Source: a virus. From it: a DNA stretch of 64,000 nt. A program made the position numbers and the translations under genes. Positions 35,923 to 45,862 of the stretch are shown in pieces (position 1 is the first letter of the stretch; each line of letters begins with the position of its first letter). Location: positions 1-64,000 of the IMG/VR virus record IMGVR_UViG_3300044620_000614; one strand, 5' to 3'. The notes beneath the pieces are model-generated. The model did not search any database, was not told the DNA's origin, and worked only from the letters and a program-made list of their open reading frames with translations.

Positions 35923-36006
35923 CATCGACAGCGACACTCTAGACACTCAGGGTTTTCTCTGAAATACCCGTCGCTTCGCGGAGTGTCTAGAGTGTCGCTG
36001 TCGATG
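35923..36006. repeat. Perfect 26-bp inverted repeat with 32-nt loop
   Basis: CATCGACAGCGACACTCTAGACACTC (35923-35948) and its reverse complement (35981-36006). Confidence 0.95.
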
Positions 36007-36018
36007 CGCGCGTTTGGC

Positions 36019-36291
36019 GACTGGAAGTTCTCGATGAGTCGCTCTTGGAACGTTGATCTCGATTGGAAGTTCTGGCGAGCACTGTGCGAATGGAAGTTTT
36101 CACACAGTGCCGGCGATTGGAAGTTCGATTGGAAGTTTTAGAGTACCTCAGCTCGACATGCGCGATTGGAAGTTTTGGCTTCATAAAACTTTTTGGAGTT
36201 CGATTGGAAGTTCCCAGAGGCCAAATAGAATTCGCCCCATTCGAATGGAAGTTCTAGCACATTACTGCCACCCCAGAACGATTGGAAGTTC
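36019..36291 (+). repeat. Iteron-like direct repeats CGA(T/A/C)TGGAAGTT, 9 copies (2 more at 35331 and 35372)
   Basis: TGGAAGTT cores at 36022, 36064, 36091, 36118, 36130, 36167, 36205, 36246, 36283. Confidence 0.9.
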
Positions 36292-36320
36292 TGGGATACA
36301 TACTGGTAAAGGAGTACATT

Positions 36321-36605
36321 ATGCCGGCATATGATTACCAATGCAGTAAGTGTGAGAGAGTCTGGGAAGAGATCCGTAAGATCGCAGAACACGACGAACC
36401 CGAGAGGCTTCCGTGTCCCCATTGCGGCAAGAAGAAGTGCGTACAACAGGTGGTCTTAGAGGCCCCTGCGATGGCAATGGACACTAATCACCGTATAGAT
36501 GGGAAGGCTAAGGGTGGCTTTAAAGATGTGATGAGTAAGATTGCTGATTCTGCGGGCGTCAAAGGTGGCAAGTTAGAGAAGGCGATTCGTCGCAGATACC
36601 TCTGA
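36321..36605 (+). CDS. FmdB-family zinc ribbon protein
   Basis: MPAYDYQCSKC...CPHCG; AAGGAG RBS. Confidence 0.85.
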   Translation: MPAYDYQCSKCERVWEEIRKIAEHDEPERLPCPHCGKKKCVQQVVLEAPAMAMDTNHRIDGKAKGGFKDVMSKIADSAGVKGGKLEKAIRRRYL

Positions 36606-36656
36606 TCCCCCCAACAAACACCGAATCTGGCCCCCAGACCCCCCTTTATTTCATAT

Positions 36657-36664
36657 TATAAATA
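36657..36664 (+). promoter_or_regulatory. T4-type late promoter
   Basis: TATAAATA opening the AT-rich late block. Confidence 0.75.
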
Positions 36665-36705
36665 CCCATAGATTTCAAAAATGTTAACAAATTAAGGATC
36701 TACCC

Positions 36706-37182
36706 ATGTCAGACATAGTAAAGAAATACCAACACTACTTCGCAGAATCTACTCGTTTACAAGAACTGGTTAATGAACAGGCTGCTTATATTGCAGAACT
36801 AGAGGAGGCAGTATTGGCTCTCTCTGAGGATTACTTTGACTCTCCTGCAAGTTCTGCTGCAAGTAGAGCAAATGTCAAAAAGGCAACGAAAGTATTGGGT
36901 GCAGAATCACCAGCCACAAAAGCACTAGCACAAACTCATGCTGCTATTGTAAAAAGTCCTAGAGCATACGGTATTTCCGATGATGAGTTGGGTCGCCGAG
37001 AAGGTGACGAGTTTGACGTTCTTGGTAGACCATTTACTGGAAAACCAACATTGACCCCAATTACACCAAAGGATATGGACGGATATGATGCTGAATTTGG
37101 TGGTAAAGAAAAAGGAGTAAATTTGGGATCTATCGGTAAGGCTGCAAAGGCAATCAAAGCGACTAAAGGTAAAAAGGGATAA
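36706..37182 (+). CDS. Probable internal virion protein
   Basis: Late promoter; acidic leader with LSE/LEE sites. Confidence 0.6.
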   Translation: MSDIVKKYQHYFAESTRLQELVNEQAAYIAELEEAVLALSEDYFDSPASSAASRANVKKATKVLGAESPATKALAQTHAAIVKSPRAYGISDDELGRREGDEFDVLGRPFTGKPTLTPITPKDMDGYDAEFGGKEKGVNLGSIGKAAKAIKATKGKKG

Positions 37183-37184
37183 AC

Positions 37185-37763
37185 ATGGACAACATAAACA
37201 ACGATGTAATGCAACAATTGGCTCAAGCATATATGAATATGCTTGCTGAAAGCCACACCCACGAACAACTCATGAAACTCTCTGTTGAGAAGTTGAAAGA
37301 ACTCAAGGCCGAATATGTAAAAAAGATCGGTGAGGCTGAAGGTGAAGAGAAAGAGAAGCACCAAAAGGAATTGGCTAACATTGAGGACATTTTGGCTTCC
37401 CGTAAGGATGACAAGGATGATAAGGAAGAGGTCGAAGAGGCTTATCGTCTTACTCCCGAAAGAGAAAAGGTATTGGATAAGGCTGATGCAGACGCAACAA
37501 AGGCATTAGACAAATCTATTGGCTCTGCAAATAAAGATGAAGCCATAAAGGCACTTGGCAGGTCAACAAGAGCAGAAATCCTCCGTCAATTGGCAAAGCC
37601 AAAGAAAACAGGTGCATGGGCAGGATCATCCGACGACGATCTAAAATCAACATTGAACTATGCGCGGAAATCACAACTTGGTGAATCTGCTAAAGAGATT
37701 GTACAAAATATCAGTGAATGGATGAAGAATATGAAAGGTAAGAAGAATGGCAAGAGTAAGTAA
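37185..37763 (+). CDS. Probable internal virion protein
   Basis: LAES/VEEA/LGES sites, highly charged. Confidence 0.6.
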   Translation: MDNINNDVMQQLAQAYMNMLAESHTHEQLMKLSVEKLKELKAEYVKKIGEAEGEEKEKHQKELANIEDILASRKDDKDDKEEVEEAYRLTPEREKVLDKADADATKALDKSIGSANKDEAIKALGRSTRAEILRQLAKPKKTGAWAGSSDDDLKSTLNYARKSQLGESAKEIVQNISEWMKNMKGKKNGKSK

Positions 37764-37868
37764 TAAGGGTAAGGGTCGTGGTGGTTTCAAGCATGTAACC
37801 AAGCGCAATCGTCATTGGATGGCTCAAGTGAAATCAACCAATCGTAAAACCGATTTAGCGAGAAAATC

Positions 37869-38132
37869 ATGAACAAGAAAGAACTATTTCAAAGAATAAA
37901 GCAACTAAAAGAATCTCGTCAGTTGAACGAACACGTTCCACTTGATGATGAAGAGGGTGGCATGGCTATGGGTGAGTTGAAAACTAGTGCTGAAGCGGCA
38001 AATGAAATTGCTGGAATGTTGCAAAACAACACTCAACTTGAAGCATGGGTTCAAAGCAAGATAACCAAGGCTAAAGATTACTTGGTTTCTGTTCGTGATT
38101 ATCTGAAGAGTAACCCAGATGCAAAAGAATGA
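37869..38132 (+). CDS. Conserved T4-like late protein
   Basis: EGGMA..EL...LEAWVQSKITKA.DY motif. Confidence 0.7.
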   Translation: MNKKELFQRIKQLKESRQLNEHVPLDDEEGGMAMGELKTSAEAANEIAGMLQNNTQLEAWVQSKITKAKDYLVSVRDYLKSNPDAKE

Positions 38133-38260
38133 TATTGAAGAATACATAAAAGATATAAGACAAGCAATTGCAAGAGAAACAGCAAGGACTCCTGCAAGCA
38201 ACAAACCATCACCATCTGACATCTTGCTTGCTGCAAGAGAGATGATGAAAAGAGCAAAAG

Positions 38261-38449
38261 ATGCAAGATCCAACAAAAGCAATCGCTGAAGCATACACAA
38301 AACAAGTTCTTTTTGAGCAATGGGCATCTTCAAAACAAAATGACATTGTTGAAGCAATTTCATTGTTTGAAGAAGAAAATGGTGTAGAATTAACCGAAGA
38401 GCAAATCAAGTTCGTAGTAGAATCATTTTTAACTGAATCATATCAATGA
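38261..38449 (+). CDS. Small acidic late protein
   Basis: IAEAY...ELTEEQ. Confidence 0.5.
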   Translation: MQDPTKAIAEAYTKQVLFEQWASSKQNDIVEAISLFEEENGVELTEEQIKFVVESFLTESYQ

Positions 38450-40371
38450 GATCATTTCGTCAACATATGAGCGGTGGATATGTTCCACCAACCCCAGAAG
38501 AGCGTGCAGAATTAGCACGCGAGCGTGCTGCACATTTTGAAAGACAAATTGCTGGCAGCAAAATGACCGATTTTGATCGTGGACAATACACAGAGATTGG
38601 TCATGCTGCAACAACCGGTGGCATTGGCAGCAACGCCGATACCGAACTCTGGGTTCACCACGACGACAAGATTCTAAAGAAAAGATTACCTTCATGGCGT
38701 CCACACGGCGCACACCATGATGTTTTTGGTATGGGTGAGTTGAACTATCCAGAAGGTGGTCCTCGCAAACCCGCTGGTAGAGTAGATCACGCATTAAAAG
38801 CCATCTCACTACAATATGATCCAAAGACACCTTCTCAAAATATAGAAAGAGTTGTTCAACAATTACGCAAAGCACATCCTGATTATGTCATTCGTGATTA
38901 TGAACAAAACAAGTATGTTCATGAGGGTGTAGCAAAAGATATTGCAAAAGTGTTGGGTGCAGCGGCAATTGCTGGAGCCGCTACATTTGGTGGTGGAAAA
39001 GCCGTCAAGCAAATATTTCCAAGTAAACCAGAAGCACCAATCGCAAAAATAGATCACGGTTCAAAACCAGTAGATAAACCAACATCTACGCTTAAAGTGC
39101 CAAAAGATGTCAAGACTCAAATGCCAGCCGCTCCCAAGGTCAAAGAACCAACAGGACATAAAGAGTTTCACGGCAGACTACAAAAGCATTTTGGTGCAGA
39201 ATATCCAGTAATAATGGCTGCTGCAAAAAGAAATGGTATTGCTGAAACCGATCACGATAACTTGGCTACACTATTCGCCATCCGCAAATCTGAAAACGGT
39301 AAACCCGGAAAAGAGTTTGGAGTTCTACATCCAAAGGCTGTGGGTAAGAAAGGCGAATCCAGAGAAGCAACTCTGGATAGACAAGCAGGATGGTCGGCGG
39401 CAACTATAATGAGTAAGCGCCGCGCACACGAAGCATCAAAAACTGGTGGAGACTTTGTGGAATATTTGGCATCAAAGTATGCTCCTGTTGGTGCTAGTAA
39501 TGATCCAAACAATCTGAATAAAAATTGGCACAAAAATGTTTCTGGTTGGCGTGATGTGTTTAGTGGCAAAAAGAGTGGGATAAGCGAAGCAAAAAAGCAT
39601 CTTCATGTATTTGATTTCGACGATACTCTTGTAAAGAAAACTGGTTCAACTGTTAATGTTAGAAATAAAAAGACAGGTGAAACTAGAAAACTTTCATCAG
39701 GTGAATTTGCATCATTCAAACCTGAGGACGATCATGAATTAGACTTTTCTGGTTTCAATACTGTAGAGAATCCAGAACCAATTAAAGGATTAGATCGTGC
39801 TGCTCGTAACGCCTCAAGAAAGGGCAGAGATGTTGCAATATTGACGGCTAGACCTGGTGAAGCAGAACCCGCAATTCGTAAGTACTTGAAAGGTCGTGGT
39901 ATAGGAGGCAAGCGTCTCAAAATAATGGCAGTTGGTTCTTCAGAACCTACAGCAAAACGCGATGCATTAAGAAAACATATTGCTGGTAAAGGATATAAGA
40001 AAATAGAATACAGCGACGATCATGCTCCAAATGTGGCAGCCGTTGGTGAATTACAACAAGAAAATCCAAGCACAAAATTTAGATTGAGAACAGTAAAGAT
40101 TAAAGAGGAAGCAAAACCCAAAATTTTAACTCGTTTAACAAATCAATTAAGATCAAAAGGTGTAAAGAATGCCGCTGGTGTTGCTGTTGGTAAACTTCGC
40201 CAATTTGGTTTAATGAAGAAGGATTCTTTGTCGCTCACAGACAAGGGTGCCACTAGGAACAAAATGTCACCCGGTGCAAGAGCCAAAAGTAGAGCAGCCA
40301 AATATAATGGTGGATCGCCAAAAGATTATACATATAATAGCAAAACAAACAGAGCCACTAAAAAGGACTAA
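38446..40371 (+). CDS. Multidomain virion polyprotein: lysozyme-like domain plus HAD phosphatase-like domain
   Basis: AIRKSENG..GKEFG..YAP..NDP..LNKNW (lysozyme-like); HVFDFDDTL, ILTAR, YSDD (HAD). Confidence 0.7.
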   Translation: MRSFRQHMSGGYVPPTPEERAELARERAAHFERQIAGSKMTDFDRGQYTEIGHAATTGGIGSNADTELWVHHDDKILKKRLPSWRPHGAHHDVFGMGELNYPEGGPRKPAGRVDHALKAISLQYDPKTPSQNIERVVQQLRKAHPDYVIRDYEQNKYVHEGVAKDIAKVLGAAAIAGAATFGGGKAVKQIFPSKPEAPIAKIDHGSKPVDKPTSTLKVPKDVKTQMPAAPKVKEPTGHKEFHGRLQKHFGAEYPVIMAAAKRNGIAETDHDNLATLFAIRKSENGKPGKEFGVLHPKAVGKKGESREATLDRQAGWSAATIMSKRRAHEASKTGGDFVEYLASKYAPVGASNDPNNLNKNWHKNVSGWRDVFSGKKSGISEAKKHLHVFDFDDTLVKKTGSTVNVRNKKTGETRKLSSGEFASFKPEDDHELDFSGFNTVENPEPIKGLDRAARNASRKGRDVAILTARPGEAEPAIRKYLKGRGIGGKRLKIMAVGSSEPTAKRDALRKHIAGKGYKKIEYSDDHAPNVAAVGELQQENPSTKFRLRTVKIKEEAKPKILTRLTNQLRSKGVKNAAGVAVGKLRQFGLMKKDSLSLTDKGATRNKMSPGARAKSRAAKYNGGSPKDYTYNSKTNRATKKD

Positions 40372-40373
40372 AT

Positions 40374-41261
40374 ATGACATCTGAATCTAATTGGATCAAA
40401 GAAGTATCAAAGACTTACCTCGAAGAAGCATACAAGACAAATGCAGTTCACAATGCTGGTAAGAAGCCTTCTTATATAAAGGACAAGAAAGAAGAAGTTA
40501 AGGAAGAGACTGAAGAGTGCAGTGATTGCTTACAAGAGCAAACACTCATTGAGTCTATTGACTTCTTAACAGAAGAACAACAAGAACTCTTTGCTCTTTC
40601 TTTCGTAGATGATCTTCTTGAGAATCTTTCGTGGGAAGAAATTGAAGCATTGACAGAGGAACAACTTGAAGAAGGCTTGATGGCTAAACTCAAGGGTTAT
40701 GCCGGTGGTGCTCTCGCTGCCGCTAAGTCTGCTCCACTTTCACAATTTGTATCAAAGGCAAAGAAGTATGGTGCAGAAAGAACTGAGCGTCTTGAAAAGA
40801 AGGAAGCAGAAACTGCACACGCTAAGGAAGTAGAAAAAGCAAGAGGTGAAGCCAAGGGTGGAGTAAGAAAAGCAACTGATGCTGAACTTCACGCAATCGT
40901 TGGTAAACTCGGTAAGTCTAAGGGTGCAACAAATAAGGCAGTCCTCGCAAAGGCTCAAGAAACTCTCGGTAAGAGAGCAGAAGCCGCTGCTGGTAAGGGA
41001 TTGGGTGGTTTGGTTGCAAAGACAAGAGGATTGCTTGGCAACAAGGCTGCCATGCGCGATAGAGTATCAAAGATGGCCGAGCGTTCGAAACAACAAGCCG
41101 GTAAGGTAAAGGTTGATGCTGCTGGAACTGTAGATAAAGCCAGACAGGGTTACAAGAAACAAACCATTTCAAAAATTCAAGCACTACGCGCACAGGGTAA
41201 GCAATCTGCGGGTGCGATAAAGAAACTACAAAAAACATTACCTAAAAATAAAAAGAAGTGA
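40374..41261 (+). CDS. Probable internal virion protein (acidic N-terminus, basic C-terminus)
   Basis: Repeated LTEE/LEE motifs; terminator at 41264-41289. Confidence 0.6.
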   Translation: MTSESNWIKEVSKTYLEEAYKTNAVHNAGKKPSYIKDKKEEVKEETEECSDCLQEQTLIESIDFLTEEQQELFALSFVDDLLENLSWEEIEALTEEQLEEGLMAKLKGYAGGALAAAKSAPLSQFVSKAKKYGAERTERLEKKEAETAHAKEVEKARGEAKGGVRKATDAELHAIVGKLGKSKGATNKAVLAKAQETLGKRAEAAAGKGLGGLVAKTRGLLGNKAAMRDRVSKMAERSKQQAGKVKVDAAGTVDKARQGYKKQTISKIQALRAQGKQSAGAIKKLQKTLPKNKKK

Positions 41262-41320
41262 ACAAAACCCCCAGAAATGGGGGTTTTTTGTTGGATAAAT
41301 ACTTTCATCGGGAGTATCAT

Positions 41321-42226
41321 ATGGATCGATCACAACTATTATCTAATATAAAGAAAATACTCGAAAAACAAGGCGCAAAACGAAAACTCATGCAAAAAGC
41401 AAAAAGAGATTCCGTTGCAGTTGCCAGTGAATTGATTGGGATTACCATGCCAGCCATTAGAATGCCTTCTATCAACGAAGAGGCAATTATAAAGCAATAC
41501 TCCGTACAAGCAGTTGGTCGCAAAAGAAACACCATGATGAATGCGATGCAATTGAATGATGCCGAATTCTTGAACTGGGTTCAAGATAGACTTTACAGAT
41601 TAGCCCATGAAAACGAAAGAGCCGTTGTGGAATTTAGCGTAAAAGATTTATCTGCTGGATTGCAAAGATGGGAAAGTTTATTTTCAGAACAAGATAAAGA
41701 CTGGGGTAAATATCGAGACACCTTTATGAAGTATAAGGATCGATTTATTAAAGCCGCAACAGTCATACTTAATACTGGTCAAGCATCTGGTTCATTAAAC
41801 GATTCTCCAAGTAAAGCGGCACCAAATAATACAAAAGGTTCGCCCGCTACTCCTGCAATGCTAAAACAACAAGCATCTGATGGTAGAGGTGGACAAGGTG
41901 CAATGACAGTTGGTGGCGGTGGAGAAGCCGCACCACAAGAAGAACAACCACAAGAATACGGTCCTTCTGAATATTTGCAATATTTCCAACAACTATTGCA
42001 AATGGATGATGCACAATTTGCTGAATTTGTGCAGGATAAGATACTTAGTGGAGAACAAGATCCAACCAATGTATCAAAGAAGACAGTAGAAAAGATGTTA
42101 AAAAGAGACGAAAAAGAAGTAACAAAAATTTTCAAGAAGTATGAAAAGGAGATGCATAAACTGTACAAAGAATATTCAAAACGATTCTTAAGTGCTGTAG
42201 AAATGATGCTGGGCCAAGAGGAATAA
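41321..42226 (+). CDS. Late protein with an internally duplicated domain
   Basis: MQLNDAEFLNWVQD...KYKDRFIKA versus LQMDDAQFAEFVQD...EYSKRFLSA. Confidence 0.6.
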   Translation: MDRSQLLSNIKKILEKQGAKRKLMQKAKRDSVAVASELIGITMPAIRMPSINEEAIIKQYSVQAVGRKRNTMMNAMQLNDAEFLNWVQDRLYRLAHENERAVVEFSVKDLSAGLQRWESLFSEQDKDWGKYRDTFMKYKDRFIKAATVILNTGQASGSLNDSPSKAAPNNTKGSPATPAMLKQQASDGRGGQGAMTVGGGGEAAPQEEQPQEYGPSEYLQYFQQLLQMDDAQFAEFVQDKILSGEQDPTNVSKKTVEKMLKRDEKEVTKIFKKYEKEMHKLYKEYSKRFLSAVEMMLGQEE

Positions 42227-42229
42227 ATT

Positions 42230-42751
42230 ATGAGTAAAGATGTATTATTATTAAATGCTTCAGAAGAAGTAATTAATGTGATTGATTGGACTAAAGCAGT
42301 AAAACTTCTGATGGCTGGAAAAGCAATAAAGCCATATAACTACGAAGATTATCACGAAATCACAACTAGCAGTGGAATATATAAACTTCCTACTGCGATT
42401 GTTCTCGTTCAATATATTAGAATACCATATCGAAAGTGCAAACTTAATAAAAAGAATTTGTTGAATCGGGATAATGGTATTTGTCAATATTGTGCAAAGA
42501 AGTTAACAAAAGCAACTTTGACGGTAGATCACGTTTTACCAAAGAGTCGTGGTGGTAAAAACTCATGGGAAAACATGGTGTCATGCTGCCGAGCGTGTAA
42601 TGTTAAAAAGAAAAATAGAACTCCATCAGAAGCAAATATGAAATTGCTCTCTGTTCCGGGTTTACCTCATAAGGATTTTGTACTTATTAAGGTATACGAT
42701 GGCTCCCACAACAAATTATGGGAGAGATGGATTAGTATAAATAATAAGTAA
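42230..42751 (+). CDS. HNH endonuclease (McrA-like)
   Basis: VLLLNAS, RD..CQYC, TVDHVLPKSRGG, WENMVSCC..CN.KK. Confidence 0.9.
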   Translation: MSKDVLLLNASEEVINVIDWTKAVKLLMAGKAIKPYNYEDYHEITTSSGIYKLPTAIVLVQYIRIPYRKCKLNKKNLLNRDNGICQYCAKKLTKATLTVDHVLPKSRGGKNSWENMVSCCRACNVKKKNRTPSEANMKLLSVPGLPHKDFVLIKVYDGSHNKLWERWISINNK

Positions 42752-42771
42752 CCTTAAGGAGAATACACAAA

Positions 42772-43098
42772 ATGAGATTTTCGAACTTTCCCGCATATAC
42801 AATAACTGGCACATTAAGTGCAAATGTTGAACTTAATTCTCGCGCCTTATTAATAACAAATTCAAACGCAGCAGCTGGTGCAAATGCATCCGTTGCAATT
42901 ACCGCAGATGTGTGGATTACACAAAATGCTGGAACAAGAGATGCGGATGAGTATGGTGATTACACTGGTAGAACATATAAGTCTGTAACATTTACAGTGT
43001 ATGTCAGACCGGGAGAAACATTGACATTGCCACTTGCACTCAAAAAAGTAACTTCTTTGACAAAAGGTTCTGGTGCGGAAGTATATGTACTTGTTTGA
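42772..43098 (+). CDS. Late structural-type protein
   Basis: TATAAATA at 42736-42743, AAGGAG RBS. Confidence 0.6.
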   Translation: MRFSNFPAYTITGTLSANVELNSRALLITNSNAAAGANASVAITADVWITQNAGTRDADEYGDYTGRTYKSVTFTVYVRPGETLTLPLALKKVTSLTKGSGAEVYVLV

Positions 43099-44470
43099 TT
43101 TTTCACAATTTCAATTAAACTGGAATCAAAAGCATCCTAGTGGAGATCTCAGAACCATTAGCGAGGCTCGTCAATCTAATGATGACGCTGGTCCTAATGT
43201 TCACTTAGATCACGCAGAGGATGCTATTTTTGATGAAGGACATGATGGTGGTAGATCTGCTGCCCATTATATTCATTCTTTGGCTAATGGACTACGCGGT
43301 AAACATGGTGCAGACTTCAAGGTTACGACAAAATATGATGGTGCTCCGGCAATAATATTTGGTGTACACCCAGTTACCGGCAAATTCTTTGTTGGTACTA
43401 AATCTGTGTTTGCCAAAACTCCAAAGATAAACTACTCTCTAAAAGACATAGAAAGAAATCACGGAGATTCCCCAGGTCTTGTAACAAAGTTGCAAGCCGC
43501 ATTTACCAATTTGCGTAAGTTAAACCTCGCCCACGGTGAAGTATATCAGGGTGACATGATGTACACTCCAGATGATATTAAACTAGAAAATATAGATGGT
43601 AAAGAGCATTTAACATTCACTCCAAATACTCTGACATACGCAGTTCCTCATGGTGGAGAAGACGCAAAACGAATTGCGGCTTCTAAAATGGGCATTATAA
43701 TTCACACTGGTTATAGAAACTTTGGTCAAAAAGGAATGACGACAGAGTTTTCGCCAGATTTAAGTCACATTGAACAACATCCCGATATTTGGATGAAAGA
43801 TGCTCAATTGAGCAGAGATGGTGATAAACAACTTTCTTCCGGTGATCACAAACGAATTGTGGATCATTTAAGAGCAGCACACAAACATTTAGATGATAGT
43901 AAAGATTTTATTGGTGGTGTTGCGGGACATGGAACACTAAAACCACTAATGAAAATGTTTGTCAATGATATGGTCAAGCGTGGAATAGAAAAACCAACAA
44001 GACAACATGTTACAGATTTTATCACAGCAAGACACGATGCTGAAGCAGAAAAATTAAAAACACAAGCGGGTAGAGATAGAGTTCATGCTCGTAGGACAGA
44101 ATTGCTAAGTCATCTTATGCAAAATGGACAACACCTTGATAATCTTTTGGCTGCACATCATAATATTGCAGCAGCAAAACATGTTCTTATCGGTGGATTA
44201 AAAAAGACTAAGGGTATTGCAACATATGCAAGAACTCAAAAACAAAACGCAGATACAAAAGAAATGATGGATCATTTAGAGCCAGTTTCTCCAGAGGGAT
44301 TCGTTATGATTGATACTGGAACTGGTAAAGCATTAAAGGCCGTTAATCGTTCCGAATTCTCTCGTATGAACTTTGAACGCGGTAAAATGGCACAAATGAA
44401 AAAAGAAAAACAACAAGACAAAGAAAACCAAGAAGATCAAGAAGATCAAGAAGGAGATCAAAATGGCTAA
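43073..44470 (+). CDS. Conserved T4-like phage protein with ligase-like motifs (DUF6267-like)
   Basis: HLDHAED, TKYDGAPA, FVGTKS, QGDMMY, PEGFV, VNRSEFS. Confidence 0.75.
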   Translation: MRKYMYLFDFSQFQLNWNQKHPSGDLRTISEARQSNDDAGPNVHLDHAEDAIFDEGHDGGRSAAHYIHSLANGLRGKHGADFKVTTKYDGAPAIIFGVHPVTGKFFVGTKSVFAKTPKINYSLKDIERNHGDSPGLVTKLQAAFTNLRKLNLAHGEVYQGDMMYTPDDIKLENIDGKEHLTFTPNTLTYAVPHGGEDAKRIAASKMGIIIHTGYRNFGQKGMTTEFSPDLSHIEQHPDIWMKDAQLSRDGDKQLSSGDHKRIVDHLRAAHKHLDDSKDFIGGVAGHGTLKPLMKMFVNDMVKRGIEKPTRQHVTDFITARHDAEAEKLKTQAGRDRVHARRTELLSHLMQNGQHLDNLLAAHHNIAAAKHVLIGGLKKTKGIATYARTQKQNADTKEMMDHLEPVSPEGFVMIDTGTGKALKAVNRSEFSRMNFERGKMAQMKKEKQQDKENQEDQEDQEGDQNG

Positions 44471-44518
44471 AAAAGGATGCGGCTGCGGTGGCCCAAAAAC
44501 TGGAAATGGTGGTAAGTA

Positions 44519-44761
44519 ATGCTTAAAGCAAAGATGATGGGCATATTTAAAAATATGTTTGGTGGTTCTTATAGTAAAAAAGATGGTAAGATTTTTTGGT
44601 CAAAAGATGGATTTAAAGAACTTGTTACGATTGGTTTCTTAAAACACTTTATTGATAAAAAGAAAGATCCATCAGTATCAGATACAGTAAAACCAGCACC
44701 AAAGAAAGTAAAGAAAGATGCAAAAGTTGCAACAAATCCTGAAGTACCTGAAGGAAGCTAA
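44519..44761 (+). CDS. Hypothetical protein
   Basis: ORF track. Confidence 0.45.
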   Translation: MLKAKMMGIFKNMFGGSYSKKDGKIFWSKDGFKELVTIGFLKHFIDKKKDPSVSDTVKPAPKKVKKDAKVATNPEVPEGS

Positions 44762-45839
44762 GTCAGTAGGACCTGCTTTCTTGGTTACTGGTGCATTCGG
44801 TCCTTATACAAGAGGACATGAAGAAATGGCACGTGCTGCCGCAACACATGCTGCTAGTACAGGTCACAGTCACTTTTATCATGGTATTGGTGCTTCTGAA
44901 TTAAAACCAGACGCTCCACTAACACATGAACAAAAAACAGAAATAGTATCCGGTTCACATAAGCACATTGCCGGAAGCATGCCCAGAGAACATCGAGGCA
45001 GATTGGGATTTGGTGTAGTTCCTAGAGAGCATTCAACTACACCATTTCACCAAATAGGTCATTTAATATCTAAGGGACACAGAGATATTACCGTTGCTGT
45101 TGGTTCCGATCAATTGGCAAAAGGTGGATTGAAAGATCAAATACTAAAGCACATAGAAAGACACGGTGGATTTGTTGGTCCAGACAAACAAGTTCATGAT
45201 GTCACTATTAATTTTCACCAACTTGGTAAACCCAGAGTAGAGGGTGAAATACCAAGAGAAAAATTATTGAAGCAAGTTCGTGGTGGAGACTATACCGGAG
45301 TCAAAGCAGGCAAATTGCGCGCCGCTGTTGGCTCTGGTGATGAAGAATTGGCACACGAAATGATGCCACATTCCATAAAAGATAAAGCAGGCTATTTCAA
45401 ACTAATCAAAGGACAAATGGATGCAGTTCAAAGAGGAATTGACGCCCAACGAGCCGAGAAAGAAGCGAAAAAAGCAGCCAAGACTACGGCGAAGCCAAAA
45501 ACCAAACCTAAAAAGAAGAAGGTAGTAAAAGAGGCACTACAGCGCATTGCTTCTTTCATGGAAGCAACTAAAGATCCTACTCGTAAAGAGAGAGATCATA
45601 GAATGTATGGTTGGGGTAAAGAAGATCCAACCCCGAAACAATTGGCTAATAGAAAGAAGAAGGATAAGAGAACTGTCGCTCGCAGACGAGCAAATGCATC
45701 GGGACGAACCCGTAAAGGAGATAGTTCTGTGGAACTGGATCACAAAAACGGTAATGCAAACGACAACAGTTCGGATAATTTAAGAGTTATTTCTAGAAAA
45801 ACTAACCGTTCTAGAAACAATAACAAATGGCGTAAATGA
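44718..45839 (+). CDS. Cytidylyltransferase-like protein fused to a C-terminal HNH domain
   Basis: GAFGPYTRGH, PLTHEQK, VGSD; after FMEA: ELDHKNGN..DN...NLR. Confidence 0.7.
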   Translation: MQKLQQILKYLKEAKSVGPAFLVTGAFGPYTRGHEEMARAAATHAASTGHSHFYHGIGASELKPDAPLTHEQKTEIVSGSHKHIAGSMPREHRGRLGFGVVPREHSTTPFHQIGHLISKGHRDITVAVGSDQLAKGGLKDQILKHIERHGGFVGPDKQVHDVTINFHQLGKPRVEGEIPREKLLKQVRGGDYTGVKAGKLRAAVGSGDEELAHEMMPHSIKDKAGYFKLIKGQMDAVQRGIDAQRAEKEAKKAAKTTAKPKTKPKKKKVVKEALQRIASFMEATKDPTRKERDHRMYGWGKEDPTPKQLANRKKKDKRTVARRRANASGRTRKGDSSVELDHKNGNANDNSSDNLRVISRKTNRSRNNNKWRK

Positions 45840-45862
45840 TAAATACATCGGAGATTTAACAA

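Noticed and set aside
36019-36291. CRISPR array or WKF-repeat ORFs
   Set aside because: Repeat only about 12 bp with irregular 12-42 bp spacing and no cas genes; the ORFs are translations of the repeat
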